The position numbers were made by a program, and so were the translations under genes. Positions 21,578 through 33,100 of a DNA stretch of 64,000 nucleotides are shown piece after piece; the stretch's first letter is position 1; the number at the start of each line of letters is the position of its first letter. The stretch is from Minutocellus sp. GHC0000111 (taxonomy: Eukaryota), in contig OZ361256.1 of the NCBI GenBank assembly GCA_977018835.1, positions 2,542,001 through 2,606,000 on the forward strand, read 5' to 3'. The notes beneath the pieces were generated by a model that saw only the letters and a list, made by a program, of their open reading frames with translations, did no database searches and was not told where the DNA came from.

Positions 21578-22879
21578 ATGAAGAGACCCTTGCATCTACT
21601 TCCCGTCGTTGCCATTCCGCTGGTTAGCCAGGCATTCTCTCCAGAGATAGGCCAGCGCCGGTCTGCTTCTCCGCCAGCACCAAAGCATTCTTCGTCGCCT
21701 GCGGCTACAATTCTTCCTCCTCCCACCAACACGGCGCTATCGTATGCGAACGACCCGCCGCAGCAGATGGAACTTCCGTTCAATCCGCTGCTCGACAACA
21801 AGGCAGTGTTTGAGCCCGATACTACTACAGCCCCAACCAACAATTCCAAGCGAGACCAAAACTGGCGCAAAAGATACGACCAGCTCGTGGCATATCAGCA
21901 GAGATTTGGCAATGCCGACGTTCCATTGAATTGGTCCGAGAACAAGAGTCTGGCCACGTGGGTGATCAACCAACGACGAAAGTATCGCAATGGTTCCCTC
22001 AAGGCATATCAAGTGGACTTGCTCAATGCCATTGATTTTACGTGGGATCGTCAAAAGTCGTGGAATGAACGCTTCGCTGAGTTGGAGAAATACAAGAAAA
22101 TGCTCGGAACGTGCATCATCCATAGCAACGATGAAAAGCACAGGGAGCTGTATATATGGTGCTGCAATCAGCGGCAGCAATACTGGCAACTGATGGAACA
22201 TGGGTCCAGTTCGCTCACATCAGAACGAGTAAGCCTACTCGAATCGATTGGTTTTCTCAAACAAAGCGCCAGCGTCAACAAGTCAACGTGGACTAAACGG
22301 TTGGAAGAATTGAAAGAATACAAGGAGCAACACGGACATACCAACGTGCCTCGGCATTACACTGCCAATCCCAAGCTTGGACGATGGGTGGATACGCAAC
22401 GGACATCGCATCGTCTGCTTCAATTGGGAAAGTCTTCGCCATTGACGCAAGAACGGAGCGACATGTTGAATGACATTGGCTTCGAATGGAGCCCATCTGA
22501 GAATACGATCAAGGGAAATACAAAAAGCAACAAGGCAACAAAGACAAAGTATACACCATGGCAGGTTCGATATGAAGAATTGCAGAGGTTCAAAGCTGAG
22601 TATGGTCATGTACTGGTCGATCACAAAACGAAGCTCGGCGAATGGGTACGAGCACAAAGGCGACAGTACAATCTGCTGATGAAGGGGGCCAAGTCCAGCC
22701 TCACATCAACACGGCTAGCACTTCTCAAAGAGTTGGGGGTATTCGAGTACCAGCCAGCCTTTGAGGTAGCCGGTGCCCATTCATCAGCTGTTCCTTCGGC
22801 GCCTTTTATTCGTGCAGGGATGAGTGATGAAGAGAAATTCGAGGCCTGGCGTGCACGGTTTGCGGCGTTCCAAGATTAA
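21578..22879 (+). CDS. Helicase-associated (HA) repeat protein with a predicted plastid presequence
   Basis: Four W..RY/F.EL..Y....G...VP.....LG.WV..QR repeats; signal peptide ending SQA-F. Confidence 0.8.
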   Translation: MKRPLHLLPVVAIPLVSQAFSPEIGQRRSASPPAPKHSSSPAATILPPPTNTALSYANDPPQQMELPFNPLLDNKAVFEPDTTTAPTNNSKRDQNWRKRYDQLVAYQQRFGNADVPLNWSENKSLATWVINQRRKYRNGSLKAYQVDLLNAIDFTWDRQKSWNERFAELEKYKKMLGTCIIHSNDEKHRELYIWCCNQRQQYWQLMEHGSSSLTSERVSLLESIGFLKQSASVNKSTWTKRLEELKEYKEQHGHTNVPRHYTANPKLGRWVDTQRTSHRLLQLGKSSPLTQERSDMLNDIGFEWSPSENTIKGNTKSNKATKTKYTPWQVRYEELQRFKAEYGHVLVDHKTKLGEWVRAQRRQYNLLMKGAKSSLTSTRLALLKELGVFEYQPAFEVAGAHSSAVPSAPFIRAGMSDEEKFEAWRARFAAFQD

Positions 22880-22971
22880 TTTGCAATGGAGATAACATTC
22901 TAATTTGAAACACGAATTATGTACTTGAATGAAATTTATGTTAGAAATACAATTGTAAAACCCCCATGAAA

Positions 22972-25900
22972 TCACCATCCGAAATGCTTTGCAACTCTGC
23001 GTCGAGCGCCCACATCAAGACCTGATCTCAATGAATCCCCAAGCTCTGAGACGAGGGTATTTGAGCTCCCATTGAGCTTCACAAGATCGACGCTACGGTC
23101 ATTCTTAGATTCTTCCCCGGTGATTGTGGAACTAACATCGTTGTCATTTTCTCGGTCGTTCTGCACGAGCGCCTCGTCGCTAGCCAAGCTTCCAAGAATA
23201 CCATTGGCCCGAGCCTCAAGAATGGCCGTCACATTCTTGTCTACCCGTGCCTTGTCCTCCGCACTTAAATCAGCATCGCTAGCGCTATAATCATCGTCAG
23301 TATCCTCCGATACCCATGATTTACGCTTGCCCTCCAGCTCACTAGAAACTTCACACGTGGGCATCATTTCGCTTTTGTCAGCGTCGGTGGTGCAATCATC
23401 GGTGGTGGCGGCGGAAGCAGCGCAATTATTTGGCTCATCGTCATCACCTCGTTCATTGGGAGAATCGATACCAGATTCAAAATGTTGCAAAGCTTGGACA
23501 ATATTCCGCGAGGATTTGTCGGCTCTTGCCTTGGAATTACTTTCGCCATTAGTTGCTGCTTCTGAGCTTGGAGATATGCCAACGTCGGTCACTTCTACAT
23601 CCTCAAATATTGTAGAAGACAGCTCGCCGGAGGAAGCAAAGGAAAAGACTCTCGAAGGTCTTTCCGGTCTGCCTCTATTTTTGGAGAGATTTCCCATCAC
23701 AGCGGTGTCGGTGGTGATATTGCTCCGTTGTGAGACTCTTCGATCAGAAGGCATCCTTGACGGAGAAGCGGGGTGTCTTGGTGGCATGTTATCGAAGTGA
23801 ACGTGATTATCGTGTTTTTTGGTGTTCGTTGAAGTGGTGTCGGTGAAGCTACTGTTGCTGGGAGAGATGATATCCTTGTCAGTTTGGGAGTCCGTAGGCG
23901 TCCATGCCAAACGAGCCTTGAGCATGCTCACTTCTGCCCGTTCTTCCTTGAGCTCGAGTTCGAGCTTGCGAATCCGTTCCATGCCGGATTGCAACGTCTT
24001 CTCGAGTTCCATTTCGAGGGCCTTGATGCGCTCTTCTTGCTTGGCGGAATCGGCATTTTCCAAAGAATCCAGCTTTGTACGAAGACGCTGTGTCTCATGA
24101 GTTTCGTCTTCCAACTCTAGAGCCAGAATCTCTGCCTTGATGTTTGCCTTGTCGCACTCTTCTCGTAGGTCATCGATGGTCTTCTTGTTCTCCTCATTCT
24201 CTTCCCATACTTCGTTCAGCTCTTGTTCCAGGACGGTCGACAGCTCCTTGCGCTCGTTGAGCTGCCTCTGCAGCGTCTCCATGCGATGACCCTGGTCGAT
24301 GTGCTCGTTGAGTTGCCTTTGGAGATCAATGTTGTCCTGTTCCAGACTTCTAATGGTGTGCACTAGATCTTCGTTGGCGGAGATCAGATCGCGGTTCCTG
24401 TTCTCGAGAGAGGATGTCTTGGAATGGTACAATCGCTCCATCTGACGCATCTTGTCGCTGTTCTTGGCGGTCGAAGTGGCGAAGATGGACTCCATTTTGG
24501 AAACCCGCTCTTCGATGAGGGATATTTCCGAGCGCAGTCGCAGGTTTTCTTCCGATAGATCGCCATTGACTTCCTGGACTTGTCGAAGCTGCTCCTTTGC
24601 TCCCGGTTTCCCAAAGTTGGAAATGATTGGAATGGGAGGGCAACCTCCTGAAGGCTGAGACTGGTAGGGGTAACTGGTGGATCTACTGGGCAAGTTGGCT
24701 CCGGCTCCCTGAGCATCGGCCATCCTACTCGCTCGATGGACCATGCTTGGGTGTTCGTTGTTGGGTCCACCCACAGCAGTCTGTCGATTAGAATGGAAAC
24801 TGGGTGTATCAATAGGCTTGGCGTTCCGATACAACGCCCTCTTCATGAAGCTTTGGGTTGCCGAAGGAGGCTGACCACCGGCGGTGCCGGCAGATGGATG
24901 TGGATTACCAGTCCCCCTCGTCACCGGGAGCGACCGAAAGCTGTCGCTGCTGTAGTGGGGATGTCCAGCACCGCCAGCATCACTGACAGCGTGGCTCGGC
25001 CTGCGGACTCCTTGTGCATTCGGAGCTGCCCTAATACCAGGACCACGAAGGCTGGTCGTACCGGTGTGTGATCTGTGGCTGGTTTGATCCTGTTCCAGTG
25101 CCTCCTGCTCGTGCAGCTCGGCCTGGTGGTTGAGAGCCTCGAGTCTCCGCTGCTTAATGGACCGGCTGCTGGTGGCATGGGACTTGACACTGGCCTCTCC
25201 ACCGCTGTGACTGCCGCTACCCCTCGATTTGGACCTGGACTCCGACCGCGAGCGCGACGCCGTGGATTGAACGCCGCTTGTAGTACTGGCGGTGCGGCCT
25301 GCCATTGACTTGGTGAGATGGCGAGAACTGCGATTGTCCCAATGACCCGTGCCATCTTGGACTGTATCCGCATCATATCCATGGGTGCTATCTACCAATA
25401 ACATGTCGTTCCTGCCCAAGACTGAGTTGACCATATCGAGGAGACTGGGCTTGTTGGCGTCGCTGACATGATCGTCGGTAGTTTCGACACCATCGTCGTC
25501 GAGGTCTTCCACGCGACGTCGGATGGGACTTTGGCTGCGCGACCTCGCCGCCTCCCTCTGGCGGTGCTGTCCTACAATCTGATGGAAGGACGTTGTCGAT
25601 GAAGGGCCTTCTTTGTCGGCAGCCGCATCTGTGCCTGCCCTTGGACGCGGGGCCGACGCCGATCGCTTCTGTGTCTGCTGTCGCTGCTGCTGCTGCTGCT
25701 TGTATTGCAAAGTTCTCTGCGTCTGAGCTGTATTCTGCCTCGACTTGAGCGGTGGACGGGGACGGCCCCGCCCAGCAGCTGCAGAGGGCGCCGAACCCCG
25801 AGCTCTGGGCCCGGTCAAAGTCAGAGCGGCGCTCGATTTGGATGCGCCGCTACTAGAAGTATTTCTGCCGGCCCCTCTCTGCTGCTCTCGCTCTCGCTGT

Positions 25901-26079
25901 TTGTCGCTGTTGGTCCGGGCCAGCTCCTTGAAGCGGGTGAAGGTGCTGGCGTCCGCGCCTTTCGCCGAGTTGGTGATGGTGCTCTGATCGTGAAACAGAT
26001 CGCCGGCGGATGAGTCTCGCGACATGCCGCCCAGGAGGGACGACGATGACTCGCCGGGAGAGGTTGCCGTTACCGCCAT
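22972..26079 (-). CDS. Large low-complexity, coiled-coil protein of unknown function
   Basis: 1035-aa uninterrupted ORF with a central E/L/K/Q heptad-rich region. Confidence 0.7.
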   Translation of the reverse strand: MAVTATSPGESSSSLLGGMSRDSSAGDLFHDQSTITNSAKGADASTFTRFKELARTNSDKQREREQQRGAGRNTSSSGASKSSAALTLTGPRARGSAPSAAAGRGRPRPPLKSRQNTAQTQRTLQYKQQQQQRQQTQKRSASAPRPRAGTDAAADKEGPSSTTSFHQIVGQHRQREAARSRSQSPIRRRVEDLDDDGVETTDDHVSDANKPSLLDMVNSVLGRNDMLLVDSTHGYDADTVQDGTGHWDNRSSRHLTKSMAGRTASTTSGVQSTASRSRSESRSKSRGSGSHSGGEASVKSHATSSRSIKQRRLEALNHQAELHEQEALEQDQTSHRSHTGTTSLRGPGIRAAPNAQGVRRPSHAVSDAGGAGHPHYSSDSFRSLPVTRGTGNPHPSAGTAGGQPPSATQSFMKRALYRNAKPIDTPSFHSNRQTAVGGPNNEHPSMVHRASRMADAQGAGANLPSRSTSYPYQSQPSGGCPPIPIISNFGKPGAKEQLRQVQEVNGDLSEENLRLRSEISLIEERVSKMESIFATSTAKNSDKMRQMERLYHSKTSSLENRNRDLISANEDLVHTIRSLEQDNIDLQRQLNEHIDQGHRMETLQRQLNERKELSTVLEQELNEVWEENEENKKTIDDLREECDKANIKAEILALELEDETHETQRLRTKLDSLENADSAKQEERIKALEMELEKTLQSGMERIRKLELELKEERAEVSMLKARLAWTPTDSQTDKDIISPSNSSFTDTTSTNTKKHDNHVHFDNMPPRHPASPSRMPSDRRVSQRSNITTDTAVMGNLSKNRGRPERPSRVFSFASSGELSSTIFEDVEVTDVGISPSSEAATNGESNSKARADKSSRNIVQALQHFESGIDSPNERGDDDEPNNCAASAATTDDCTTDADKSEMMPTCEVSSELEGKRKSWVSEDTDDDYSASDADLSAEDKARVDKNVTAILEARANGILGSLASDEALVQNDRENDNDVSSTITGEESKNDRSVDLVKLNGSSNTLVSELGDSLRSGLDVGARRRVAKHFGW

Positions 26080-26700
26080 TGGTGATTGCTCACGAAGTAG
26101 TGCAAGATGTGCAGCTTTCTACTGCCAGTTGATTCGCCGGCAGTCACGGTTCGCTGGCGCCTTGCGTTCAAAAAAGCGAAGCAGCGTAAGTACACTCGTA
26201 GGCCAAAGTGAGTCAAGCGAAAAGAAGAAGCCGAAGTAGATCAAGATACACTGCAGTCACACAGGGCATCGATAGATTATTATGTCAACAGAAATTCTCG
26301 CAACGGTCTGGTTGGTTCTGCAAGAGTATCGAAGGACGAGCCTGGCTCTGTGCCGTTGCTTCTGTTTTTGAGATACCAACGGCATCAGCAGGTCTTCGGC
26401 TCTGCAAGATGACGATCAAAATTAGGGCGAGGGGCTGATGTCTCGGACGGGACATCGGAAGCGACGTGTGCTCGGGCGGGGCTTAATTGTTGGGACGAGA
26501 GTTCGAATGCTTAGGAAACCAGAGCGAAGTTCCGTCTGACTGACGAATGACGATGACATGGGCGCATGGACCGATGGATTGAAGTTGGCTCCCGGTCGAC
26601 GGATCGAATCGAATCAGTTTGCTGCTAGCTAGGAGTAGATTCATTCGCATTCTTCAATTCTGTAGCAGTATTCACATAGCATTTTTTGGTCCTCGATAAG

Positions 26701-27111
26701 TCACCATGAAAGCTGCTGCGTGTGCGCCCACCGTCGTTCTCCTCGTTTGGTCTTGGATTCTCCCATCTGTCTTGCTGCATGTTCCCTGGCGGTGCTGACG
26801 GTCGGCTCGTCCCCCTTCGCTCCTCCTCGGGTTCTCAGCATTCCCTTGGCCAAGTCATGGAGGTCCTCGAAGCTCACATCATTGAGCTCCTTCTCCGTCA
26901 TTGGCTTGGTCTTTTTCCCGTCCGTCCCCTCCGTCGTCACACTCGTCTTCTTCTTCGCCTTCTTGCCCAGTTTCTTCTTCTGCTTCCTCGTCTTCCTGGC
27001 CGATGGCTCCTCCTCTTCCTCTTCCTCCGACGTATCCAGCAGCTCCTCAATGCTCTCTTCGCTGAGGATGCTGGCGTTGTCGTCGGTGTCCTCATCCTCG
27101 TGAAGTGACAT
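26701..27111 (-). other. Charged (E/K-rich) coding-like fragment abutting the end of the upstream gene
   Basis: Acidic then basic ORF (SEEEEEEEPSARKTRKQKKKLGKK) overlapping the stop of 27092-27802; no recognisable domain. Confidence 0.3.
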
Positions 27112-27802
27112 GCGATTGACGATCAGGACCACCGCCAACAACTCCGATATGAAGTCTCCAAACATGCTGGGCATCGAACTCAAATCTCGTTTCTATCAAT
27201 TCGCCAGGCTCTACTGGTATCAACCACCTGCCCGTTGCCGCTTTCGCAATCCAAGTTTCTTTGTCGCATTCAAATCCATCCGGAAATGTATCATTTTGCA
27301 CACAGAGACCCATGAAATACTGAGCACCAATGTGCCATGCATCCATCTTGATCCATTTGGGGTTATATTCTGATCCATTGGTTGAATTGGCAAGCGTGTT
27401 CCCTAACATGAGCTGAGGCACGAATTGATTCATGTATCCACCTGTTGGCTGCTGCCTCCAGAAGATGTTGAGATAGTCGTAGTATGTGTTCTGCGTGGAA
27501 TCATGTTGTTTTGGAAGATCTGGAACGACGAATCGAGATTGAATTATTGTGCCAGGCTCTCGTCCAATGGGATACATTTTGCCCGGACCAGCACATATCG
27601 CCCCAGCGTGACAAGATGTCAGCACTTCGTTCGTAGGTTTCTTGGTGCGTGTTGGAGGTAACCTCCTCGAAGCGAGCGAAACATCTTCATCAAAGGGCAA
27701 AGGATGAATTTGCCCATCGTGTGCAACAACAGGTTTTGATCCGAAAATTAACAAGCAGGTGACTCGCAGAGAGAGGTGATACCTGGAAGAAGACGTGGCC
27801 AT
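27092..27802 (-). CDS. Predicted secreted beta-rich protein of unknown function, possibly C-terminally truncated
   Basis: Signal-like N-terminus, SRRL site and aromatic beta-strand motifs (YYDYLNIFW, MNQFVPQLMLGN, WHIGAQYF). Confidence 0.55.
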   Translation of the reverse strand: MATSSSRYHLSLRVTCLLIFGSKPVVAHDGQIHPLPFDEDVSLASRRLPPTRTKKPTNEVLTSCHAGAICAGPGKMYPIGREPGTIIQSRFVVPDLPKQHDSTQNTYYDYLNIFWRQQPTGGYMNQFVPQLMLGNTLANSTNGSEYNPKWIKMDAWHIGAQYFMGLCVQNDTFPDGFECDKETWIAKAATGRWLIPVEPGELIETRFEFDAQHVWRLHIGVVGGGPDRQSHVTSRG

Positions 27803-28056
27803 TGTTGATTGGGCTTGTGGGCTTTCGGCGTTACGCCTGGCTTTTGATGAGAATGAAGGCAAGCGAAGCATCTGAAGATATCTTTGCCAGCCATTCCACA
27901 GGTCATTGGTCGATTGTGAAAATATTAAATCAACTCACAATGCTTTTCGCCGACGACGCAGTCACGCCAGTCAAAGCAACTGACGCCGGAACGACCATGA
28001 AGTTCTGCCGCGGTCGGCACAGTACCAAGGCATAGAGCAAACGCAACACAGGCGAC

Positions 28057-29118
28057 ATGGAGCAAACCTCGCCCCAAACCCTCCCACCGCCGGCGAAGAG
28101 GCCGCGAATAGCCACAACTGATGCCGACGCAAATATTGATGATGCTTCCAGGACTGCTCACCTTTCTCCGGACCTCTGGGCCATTGTTCTGGTCCACCTC
28201 CCATATTCTGAAATTCTCAACTGCTCCGTCCTTTCGTGCGGTTTCCTCCGTGAAGCGTCGCCCAAGGTCCGATCCATTCGAATACACGCAGCAAGTGAGA
28301 TGCAGGCCGTCCCCGCCCGGCGATTTGCGGGCGTTACAAATCTTACCATCGAGTGCTTGTTCCAGGACAGCTTTGGTGCCGATCACATGGTGTTCGATCG
28401 CGAGGCAATGGGGATGGTGCTGCCGTTTCTCACCTGCTTCCCATCCCTCCGAAAGGTCTCGGTGGGTGGGCTGCTATCGGTCGCTGGAGAGCAGCATTAT
28501 TTGGAGTATGGCGATCGTGTTACCAGTGGGAGACCCAACATGGAAAATGAACGGCTGATGAGGAGCCTCTTACTTGGCATCTGCGGTGCCTATCGGACCG
28601 GCATCCTCCATCGTGAGGCCAGGATTGACGGAATCTTGTTGGGGACTGGATGCAACAATACTGACCGATACGATGGTCGGCCCGATGCGACGTGGGGAGA
28701 GTGCTTGCAGTGCATTGACGTTTGCAAGGCGTTTCCAATGGTGCAGCTTCCAACTTTTGATGCTGTTAGTATGAGAGAGAAGCGGCCCATACGAGACCGC
28801 TTCCGATGCCAACTTTGCCTGTCCATGACCAAGATCTTGAAGATTATCCTCGAAAGACCTGGAGGACGAGCCATGCTTACTGATCCTGCGTTCTTCTTGG
28901 AACACGTTGTGCTGCATGGTCGGCAAGACTACTATGGTGCACTCAAGGTCCTCAAGATATTGCCAGAAATCAGCGTAAGTCGGGGAGACGTTCAGAAGCA
29001 CATGGCGAGCAAAGCGTACAGCGAAACAAAGGCCCGGTATATTGAGCGGTGGCTATTTGATGAGTTGGTTTCCTACGGCGTGCCTCTGAGGCTGGAGGAC
29101 TTTGACGCCGTTGAGTAG
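28057..29118 (+). CDS. F-box-like protein
   Basis: N-terminal HLSPDLWAIVLVHLPYSEILNCSVLS resembles an F-box, followed by LRR-like FPSLRKV. Confidence 0.55.
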   Translation: MEQTSPQTLPPPAKRPRIATTDADANIDDASRTAHLSPDLWAIVLVHLPYSEILNCSVLSCGFLREASPKVRSIRIHAASEMQAVPARRFAGVTNLTIECLFQDSFGADHMVFDREAMGMVLPFLTCFPSLRKVSVGGLLSVAGEQHYLEYGDRVTSGRPNMENERLMRSLLLGICGAYRTGILHREARIDGILLGTGCNNTDRYDGRPDATWGECLQCIDVCKAFPMVQLPTFDAVSMREKRPIRDRFRCQLCLSMTKILKIILERPGGRAMLTDPAFFLEHVVLHGRQDYYGALKVLKILPEISVSRGDVQKHMASKAYSETKARYIERWLFDELVSYGVPLRLEDFDAVE

Positions 29119-30164
29119 AAATTTATTTCTACTGACCCAAGAGACTTTCACATGATATTTTAGCGACCCTTCACATGAAAACCTTTCCGGCCCGCTTCAC
29201 ATTCAGAACACGCACTCATAACACATGACAACTTTTAACTTCCTAGGAGGAGAGAACACAAACGGCTGCTCGCCCGCACAATGGAAAAGGACCTTTCGCC
29301 GGCTCTCGTCTGTGTTGCGGAGAAGATGCACAACAGGGAGCTGCCTGTGGCTGGATTGGTATGTGCAGTTGACAGTCACTATGAATTCGCTCCGATCATC
29401 AATGGCCACGGCGAACAATTCTACAATGTGTGCCTGTCTTTGTGCTTGAGAAAGGCCGATGAGAATGGGCTTGATCTGATCCTGGGTGCCGAAGGGGAAG
29501 AATTGGCTGCATTCTTTGACGGGGAGGGAAGACGTCGTCGTCGTTGCCGTTCTGCGCAAAAAAAACTGTGCTTGCGCGAACAAGTAGATCTAGTAAAGGA
29601 GAGTTCTTGTGATGACGATTGATTGCCATGCAGGAATTTCCTACGATCGTATAGTCCTAATCAGTGCTATAGTCGTCTCTGGATCTATAGTAAAAATTTT
29701 GATAGTTAGTTAGTTGCAGTGCAAAAATCGACTGCAGACTGCAAAAAAATAAATGCCGAGCGAGCGGCCGAGAGCGAAGTATCTTCGCTTTCCGATTTTA
29801 GAGATTTTTCGGGGTGTGACAGCACCAACCTCGCTCGCAAAGCTCTTCATTCTCTGCCGCCAGCCAGCCCCCCGCTCGGCTGCTCGGGTGCTACCGCAGA
29901 TGTGTTATCTGCTTGACGAGGGGATACAGCTGCAAGCAAAGTGTGCGTAGTAAAAGCGGAACCTCTCTTTCCAGTGCCGCTGATCTGCATTGCCCTCTTT
30001 GCTTGCATTTTGTGGAGCTGGGCGCTGCAAGTGTTGTGACACATCGCAGACGCATCTCGAGCTGATCGGGTGCTTCGTATTCAGTATTGAGCAAACTGAA
30101 TATTCCAACTGATTGGTTTATTTGCAGGAGGTCAACTGCTTATTGGTAACTTCGTCGTTCTGGC

Positions 30165-33100
30165 ATGACGTCCAACGACCGGCAAAACCAACCCTTGGAG
30201 CAGCAGCAGCAGTTGGCGGCGGCTGCATCAAACGCAAATGCAAACGCGAGCACCTCTTCCAGCAATAACAGCAATCCCGTCGTTTCGACTCTGCCCAACA
30301 AATCGCCCCACCCGTACTCGTCGGTGACCCTATCGCCCGACCGGACGCACGCCGTGGTGGCCGGAAAGGACGCGCTACGAGTCGTGTCCATAACACCCGC
30401 TGGTCTGTCCGAACAGCGCTCCGTCCGCGTATCGCAGTACTTTGCCGGCCAGGCCCAGGCCCAGGCGCAGGCCAAGGCGGCGCAGCAGGCGGCCGCTACT
30501 CGCAACGCTGCTACCCATGGAGATGTGAGGGATGCCTTTGTGAGTCCGACGGCGGCTGCGGCCGCGGCGGCCAAGGCGGCTGCGTCGACCAGCTTTGCCG
30601 CCGCCGGTGCCGGGGCCAATGTGACGATTAACGACGTGGCGTGGAGTTTGCCCCAAAACAATAATGGTAGTGGTCAGTATTATGGATCGTCGGCTTCTAC
30701 TGGTGGTGGTGCTGATAACAATGGTGGAGGTTTAGGCGTGGGCAGCGGACCTAGAGGGGCTGCTGAGGATACCAATGTGGCCATGGCGGCTGAAGACGGC
30801 GCCAACCCATCTACTGCGACCGATACGGCAACGGTGTCGTCGGGCGATCCATTCGACAATCGATCGTACTCCAGCCACAAGGCGCAGCATCCACCGACCA
30901 ACGAGGATACGCTGGTGGCAGCTGCCGGATCAAATGGTGTGGTCGTTGTCTGGAAGGCCGAGACGGCCCTGCTGGGAAAGGGTGGGGGTGGTGGTGGCTC
31001 TGGGTCTTCCCACCAGCCGAAGCCGCATCTGCCGTTCCATCACCACCGCGGCGATGCCTCCCCGGCATCTGCGGCGACGATTGGTCAGCCCGAGGCGATC
31101 CTGGCCGAGCATGCCCGGGCGGCGAATCGGGTGGCGTTCCATCCCACCGGGCGGAGGCCGGGCCTGCTCCTCACGGCGTCGCAGGATGCCACCGTCAAGC
31201 TTTGGGAGCGTCGAGCGACGACGTCGGTCGGTTCTCAGACATCCCAGAAGCAGCAGCAAAAGGAAAAGCCAAAGAAGAAAAAGAAGAGCTGGTTCGGCAT
31301 GTCCTCGTCAAGCGGACAGGAATCGGCCGCACCGGTCCGATCTTACTCGTGGCACTGCATCGCCACGTTCCAACCCAAGGCCGAGGCCGTCCGAGACATT
31401 GCGTGGCATCCCAATAACGACGATGTCTTTGCCATGGTGACCGACAACGGTACGTTGCTTGTGTATGACATTCGTGTGACTGTGCGGCCATGGGTGCGCT
31501 TTTCCGTCCACGCCGGCGAAGCCACCACGGTCGATTGGCATCCGACGCGCAAGTACTACCTGGCCACCGGCGGTGGTCGAGACCGAAGCGTGAAAATATG
31601 GGATTTGGAGAATGGTCTGTCGCTGTCCAAAAGTAACGACAATGTGGAAACGAATTCATCGTCGGATACAGGAGGATTGGCCGAAGACATTGCACAACCA
31701 AATTCTGGATCGACTAGCGGACGGTTTGTTACCCTTGCCGACTCCACTGCGACCACCAGATCTATTGGATCGATGGGATCCAATGTCAGCAGTCTGACCT
31801 GGGGACCTTCCATGAAACGATCCTTCTCGACTGGTCCTCTGCGACCAAAGAGCTCGCCGATTGTCAAGAAACACACCTTGGCGGTATCTGCGCCAGTGAC
31901 GAGGCTGGAGTGGCGACCAGAGCAATCTGCTCGACGGAAATCGGTGATGAGCGAGGCCGATTATGGTGCTGTCGATCGCCACGATGCAATGGTTGCTGTT
32001 ACCACTGCTCCAATTAGCGGTGCCAGTGCCGGAGGGTCGGGCTCTATTAGTCTTTGGTCGTGGCACCGTCCGTTCATGCCGCTGAGTATCGTCGAGGGGC
32101 ACAAAGATGGCGCTGTAACAGATTTCGTGTGGCTCGACACTCCACCTCCTACCAAGGATACAACAAAAGCGGAAGAGGATGCCTTGATTGGACGGGAAGT
32201 GGTGGAAAAGATGTCACTCTCCAGTCCGCCTAGAGCAAGCAAACATGTCGACCGCCTTTCTGTCTCACTTCACAACATTCGCCATCCGTTGTTTCCAGAG
32301 GCTTCCGAACAAGACAATACCGTCGATCACTGGGTAGATCTGAGCACAGTTGGGACGTGGCAACACGTTTTGAGCGTCGGTCGCGATGGCAATTGCCTCC
32401 TGCAAAGTCTTGCAAGAGGAGAACGTCCGATATCGCGGGTTCCGCCCTCGACCTTTGCCATTGCCAATCTTTCTCCATTTCAGAGTGGATTTGGATCTCT
32501 TCAAATCATGTCGCTGCATCAAGATGTACCATCGGGAGAGCAAAATGATTACAAGCTCACCGGTCTGCGAAGAGATGAGGGCACGGCCTCAGCCCCCGGG
32601 GTATTCCATGAAGATGCCGTGACAAGAAGCAAGGATGCATCAAGGGCAAGAGAATGGAATCCTAAACCAGGAGGCCAACGCGAACCAAGGCAGACGCCGG
32701 AGCTTCTCTTTTCCGTCACGGATCAAGGCGATTTGGATGAGTTTGGAGCTCCTCTTGACCACTCTCAGAATATTGCAGTCGCTCCAGAAGTGCAACATTT
32801 ATCGCGCTTCGCTGATGCATACAGGTTTCATACAGACGCCGACTATCCTAGCAAGGTAGACCTCTGCGTCCATAATTCCATGGTTGCCGCTGGGTTGCAG
32901 TTTGATTCACTTGCCCACATGTGGCGGATGCTGGCATCCATGCTCGAAGGAGCTGGGATTGAAAATTTATCACAAGTCGGAAACAGTCCATTGCCTGCGA
33001 ATCCAATGACTTTTATATTGCTTCCAACTATCCACAAGTTACTCCTGGGACGGGCCGATGCCGGTGACGTCCAAAGCTGCGTCGCCATTTGTGAGGTTAT

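Noticed and set aside
26470..26520. GTTCGAAT T-loop-like sequence suggesting a tRNA
   Set aside because: No acceptor, D or anticodon stems could be folded around it.
29281..29622. 113-aa ORF between the F-box and WDR24 genes
   Set aside because: No recognisable motif or gene structure; it could be a fragment, but I cannot support a call.
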